A stretch of DNA of 64,000 bases, from contig OZ244799.1 in the NCBI GenBank assembly GCA_965219955.1, positions 960,001-1,024,000 of the forward strand, written 5' to 3'. Shown here piece by piece: positions 61,227 through 64,000 of this stretch. The position numbers and the translations under genes are program-made. The notes beneath the pieces are model-generated. The model made no database searches. It saw only the letters and a program-made list of their open reading frames with translations, and was not told the DNA's origin. The DNA is from a bacterium (GTDB taxonomy: Bacteria; UBA8248). The first letter of the stretch is position 1. Each line of letters begins with the position of its first letter.

Positions 61227-61721
61227 TTGCGTCTGAATCGTGAACAGGTGGAGGCGATGCACCGCCATGCGCGCGAGGCGTATCCCGATGAGTGCTGCGG
61301 GCTGATCATCGGGCCTCCGCGCGGGCGGGGTGGTGCGGAAGAAACGCTCGCCCTCCTGCCTTGTAAGAACGTGCAGAACGAGATGCACGAGAAGGACCCC
61401 GAATTTTATCCCCGGACGGCGCGGCGCGCATTCCTGATCGATCCCTTCGAGTTCGAGCGCATCGTGAGAGAGGCGGAGAAGGGGGGCGAGGTGGTGCGCG
61501 GCATCTTCCACAGCCACCCGGACGAGGACGCCTATTTTTCGCAGGAAGACGTGGATGCGGCGGTTCCTTTCGGGGATATCCCGTCGTTCCCGGAGGCGGA
61601 GCACGTCGTCATGAGCGTGCGCGAAGGCGCCGTACTCGGGCAGAAGGTGTATTCCTGGGACGCGGAGCAAAAGACCTTTATCGAGAGCGATCTGGAAATT
61701 CTCGAGGAGGCGGGCGCGTGA
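61227..61721 (+). CDS. JAMM/MPN+ (M67, Mec-like) metallopeptidase
   Basis: YPDECCG and FHSHPDEDAYFSQED (E...HSHx7SxxD); RBS GAGGAGG. Confidence 0.92.
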   Translation: MRLNREQVEAMHRHAREAYPDECCGLIIGPPRGRGGAEETLALLPCKNVQNEMHEKDPEFYPRTARRAFLIDPFEFERIVREAEKGGEVVRGIFHSHPDEDAYFSQEDVDAAVPFGDIPSFPEAEHVVMSVREGAVLGQKVYSWDAEQKTFIESDLEILEEAGA

Positions 61722-62527
61722 GCCTGCATCATCCTCGCGCGGGGTTGCCCGGTGAAGCGCCGCCGGCGGCCGTGAACGCATCCACGGCGCGCGTGATCGA
61801 TAAAAGCGCACTGGCGGGTTCATCCGTCCTCATCGTGGGCGTCGGCGGCCTGGGCTGCCCTGCGGTGCTCGCCCTTGCGGCTGCGGGCGTGGGGCGGGTC
61901 GGCCTTGCGGACCACGACACGGTGACGCTCGACAACCTCGCGCGCCAGATTCTCCACCGCACCGAAGACATCGGCCGCCTGAAGGTGGACTCGGGCGCCG
62001 ATTCCATATTCAGGCTCTCCGCCCAAGTAGCGGTGGACAAGATTCCCCAAAGGCTCACGCGCGAGAACGCCGCCAGAGTCATCGCGCCCTATGACGTAGT
62101 AATCGACGGCAGCGACAACCTCGCGGCCAAACTCGCGCTGAACGACGCCTGCGCCGCCACGGGCAAGCCGTGGGTGATGGGCGGCGTTTTGCGATTTTTC
62201 GGCCAGGTGATGACAATTCTGCCGGGCCGGAGCGCGTGTCTGAGGTGCCTGGTGGGCGAGGAGGGCGCGGACGTCCGCGGACTCGATTGCGGGGATGCGG
62301 GCGTTTTCGGCGCGGTGGCCGGTTTCGTGGGCATGGCGCAGGCAGCGGACGCGCTGCGGGTCCTCAAGGGGCTTGCGCCGGCCTGGTCGAACAGGCTGAT
62401 GACGGCCGATTTACGGAAAAACGCCGTCGGGAGCGTGCGCGTGGTCCGGGATCCGGATTGTCCCGCCTGCGCGCTCGCCGGGAGCGGGCAAACGAAAATC
62501 CCCGCGGGGCGGGGAGCGCTCGTTTAG
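61718..62527 (+). CDS. ThiF/MoeB adenylyltransferase (E1-like) lacking the N-terminal RYSR helix and rhodanese domain
   Basis: GVGGLG, DNLARQ, KV, DGSDN, CLRC, DCGDAGV, CPAC. Confidence 0.88.
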   Translation: MSLHHPRAGLPGEAPPAAVNASTARVIDKSALAGSSVLIVGVGGLGCPAVLALAAAGVGRVGLADHDTVTLDNLARQILHRTEDIGRLKVDSGADSIFRLSAQVAVDKIPQRLTRENAARVIAPYDVVIDGSDNLAAKLALNDACAATGKPWVMGGVLRFFGQVMTILPGRSACLRCLVGEEGADVRGLDCGDAGVFGAVAGFVGMAQAADALRVLKGLAPAWSNRLMTADLRKNAVGSVRVVRDPDCPACALAGSGQTKIPAGRGALV

Positions 62528-62565
62528 CGAATGGGGCAGGGAGAGACGATGAGAGGATGCCGCCG

Positions 62566-63018
62566 ATGAAGATATCGACCAAAGGGCGATACGCCGTGCT
62601 CGCCATGATAGAGCTGGCCCGGCATTCGCAGACGCATCCCGTGCCCCTGCCGCAGATTGCCGGCAAGCTCGGCATCAGCCAGCACTATCTCGAACAGTTG
62701 TTCGTGAAGATGCGCAGGGCCTCTCTGGTGAGCAGCACGCGGGGGCCGGGAGGCGGCTACATCCTCGCGCTGCCGCCCTCTGGGATCAACATGCGCGACG
62801 TTCTCTGCGCGGTGGGCGAGACGATTCAGCCCGTCGATTGCGGCGAAGAACCTCCCTCGGCGCCGTGTCCGAACATTTCGGTGTGCGGAAGCCGCGCGCT
62901 TTGGAAAAAACTCGAAGACGCCATAGACAAAACGCTGCGCGAGACCACGCTGGAGGAGTTGAGCGCGCCGCCGCCCGGCTCTGGCGTCCGGCTGCCCAAC
63001 TTCGAGGTGGGTATCTAG
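62566..63018 (+). CDS. Rrf2 family transcriptional regulator (IscR/CymR-like)
   Basis: MKISTKGRYA, YLEQLF, STRGPGGGY, Cx8Cx5C; start 62557 or 62566. Confidence 0.92.
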   Translation: MKISTKGRYAVLAMIELARHSQTHPVPLPQIAGKLGISQHYLEQLFVKMRRASLVSSTRGPGGGYILALPPSGINMRDVLCAVGETIQPVDCGEEPPSAPCPNISVCGSRALWKKLEDAIDKTLRETTLEELSAPPPGSGVRLPNFEVGI

Positions 63019-63054
63019 GATTGCTACGAAGAATTTTCTAAGTGGAAATTCTCT

Positions 63055-63285
63055 TTAGCTTTTTCTGTCTTGTTTAGCCCATCCCCTCTTAAACCACTCT
63101 CTTTCCTCTATTTCTTCGTCTATCAGTCTTTCAATTTCATTCTGGGCTTTAGGATTGTCTTTGTATTTGATCCACATGGCATCGAGTTTATTTAATGCAT
63201 CGTTAAAATCTCCTAAAACTTCATCTCGCTCTTCGTCCTTTTTCAGGGTTTCTTCGTCCGGCCTATTTGGTCCCACCCATGACAT
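63055..63285 (-). CDS. Hypothetical small acidic protein
   Basis: 76 aa ORF, ATG with AGGAG RBS, in AT-rich segment; no recognised motif. Confidence 0.55.
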   Translation of the reverse strand: MSWVGPNRPDEETLKKDEERDEVLGDFNDALNKLDAMWIKYKDNPKAQNEIERLIDEEIEEREWFKRGWAKQDRKS

Positions 63286-63428
63286 TTATATTGCTCCTAG
63301 GTGAAAGATTAGTAATGTGTAATTGGCTTGTTCTATTTAGTTTCTATGCAAACATCCAAGATAGCCAAAATGCTCAAGGTGTTTAGGTCTCATTTAAATT
63401 TTTTGGCTCTTGATTGAGGAGAATGATA

Positions 63429-63749
63429 CTAAAACGATTGTTGCCACACGGATTTACCTCGTGAAGAATCAGGCCATACGACTTTCACACCTTTTTGTTG
63501 CTGCCCTTTCTGATGCACAAGCAAAATAGTTTCAGGGTCTAGGGTATAAATTTCTTCATTTTCCGTTCTAATAAACCCTTCTGCTTTTTTCTGTTTGACC
63601 TGCGCATACAAAACACCATTATCATCTTTTCTTGGATTTTCTACCTCAACAGTGAGCACATGCTTCCAGTCATTCTTATTGTCGGGCAGGTTGAATTCCC
63701 ATGAAAAATCATCCTTGAATTGAAAAATTTTGTAACACTCTATTACCAT
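63429..63749 (-). CDS. Hypothetical protein
   Basis: 106 aa ORF, ATG with GAGGAG RBS, in AT-rich segment; no recognised motif. Confidence 0.55.
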   Translation of the reverse strand: MVIECYKIFQFKDDFSWEFNLPDNKNDWKHVLTVEVENPRKDDNGVLYAQVKQKKAEGFIRTENEEIYTLDPETILLVHQKGQQQKGVKVVWPDSSRGKSVWQQSF

Positions 63750-64000
63750 TGACTCAATCTCCTCGCATTGAAGTTTTCTTCCCAGAATGCCATTGATGGT
63801 TCTAGCACAATTCCATAACTCCTGTTACGAAAAGTCAGCAAAGAAAACTGGCGCTTTATTGGGGATCCTCCGGAGGAACTCGGAAAAACTGATACAAACG
63901 TGTTTCTCGACGCAGCTTCCCATCTGTCATCGTCTCTGTGTATGTTGATTCAAACTGAAGGAATAGGGCGAACAAACGCAAGCTTTTACATCAGCTATCC

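Noticed and set aside
60911-61243. 110-aa ORF between cysM and the JAMM gene
   Set aside because: Lies within the palindromic MITE-like element and has no recognisable domain; likely spurious.
57958-63018. Ubl/E1/JAB cluster as an antiphage system (CBASS type II or Bil)
   Set aside because: No E2, CD-NTase or effector; the cysteine synthases and Rrf2 point to sulfur metabolism.
63286-63428. Integron attC site between the two AT-rich ORFs
   Set aside because: No RYYYAAC...GTTRRRY paired structure found.

Overview
High-GC bacterial core-chromosome segment. Gene order (TPR-ispE-prs-rplY-pth, rpsF-ssb-rpsR-rplI-dnaB-alr, tgt-yajC-secDF, dprA-topA-trmFO-xerC-hslVU-argBDFG, mreBCD-mrdA-rodA-radical SAM-rng) suggests a diderm of Deltaproteobacteria/Nitrospinota-like affinity (inference). 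About 60 CDS; I saw no rRNA, tRNA, CRISPR or intact transposase. The most interesting part is a sulfur-relay operon at 57958-63018: cysK, a ubiquitin-like carrier ending GG-L, a degenerate E1, cysM, a JAMM protease, an active E1 and an Rrf2 regulator. Its two ThiF/MoeB genes show complementary losses. One keeps the RYSR arginine-finger helix but has lost the ATP site; the other keeps the ATP site, Zn sites and Cys but lacks that helix. This suggests a bacterial heterodimeric E1 resembling eukaryotic SUMO/NEDD8 E1s (hypothesis). Also present: a candidate Rrf2 operator, an Rrf2 tail ending in Ile that may dock on CysK, two nested palindromic/MITE-like elements, an S6:S18 leader, an inserted sulfatase and an AT-rich segment at the right edge. 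All calls are from motif recognition by eye; no searches were run.
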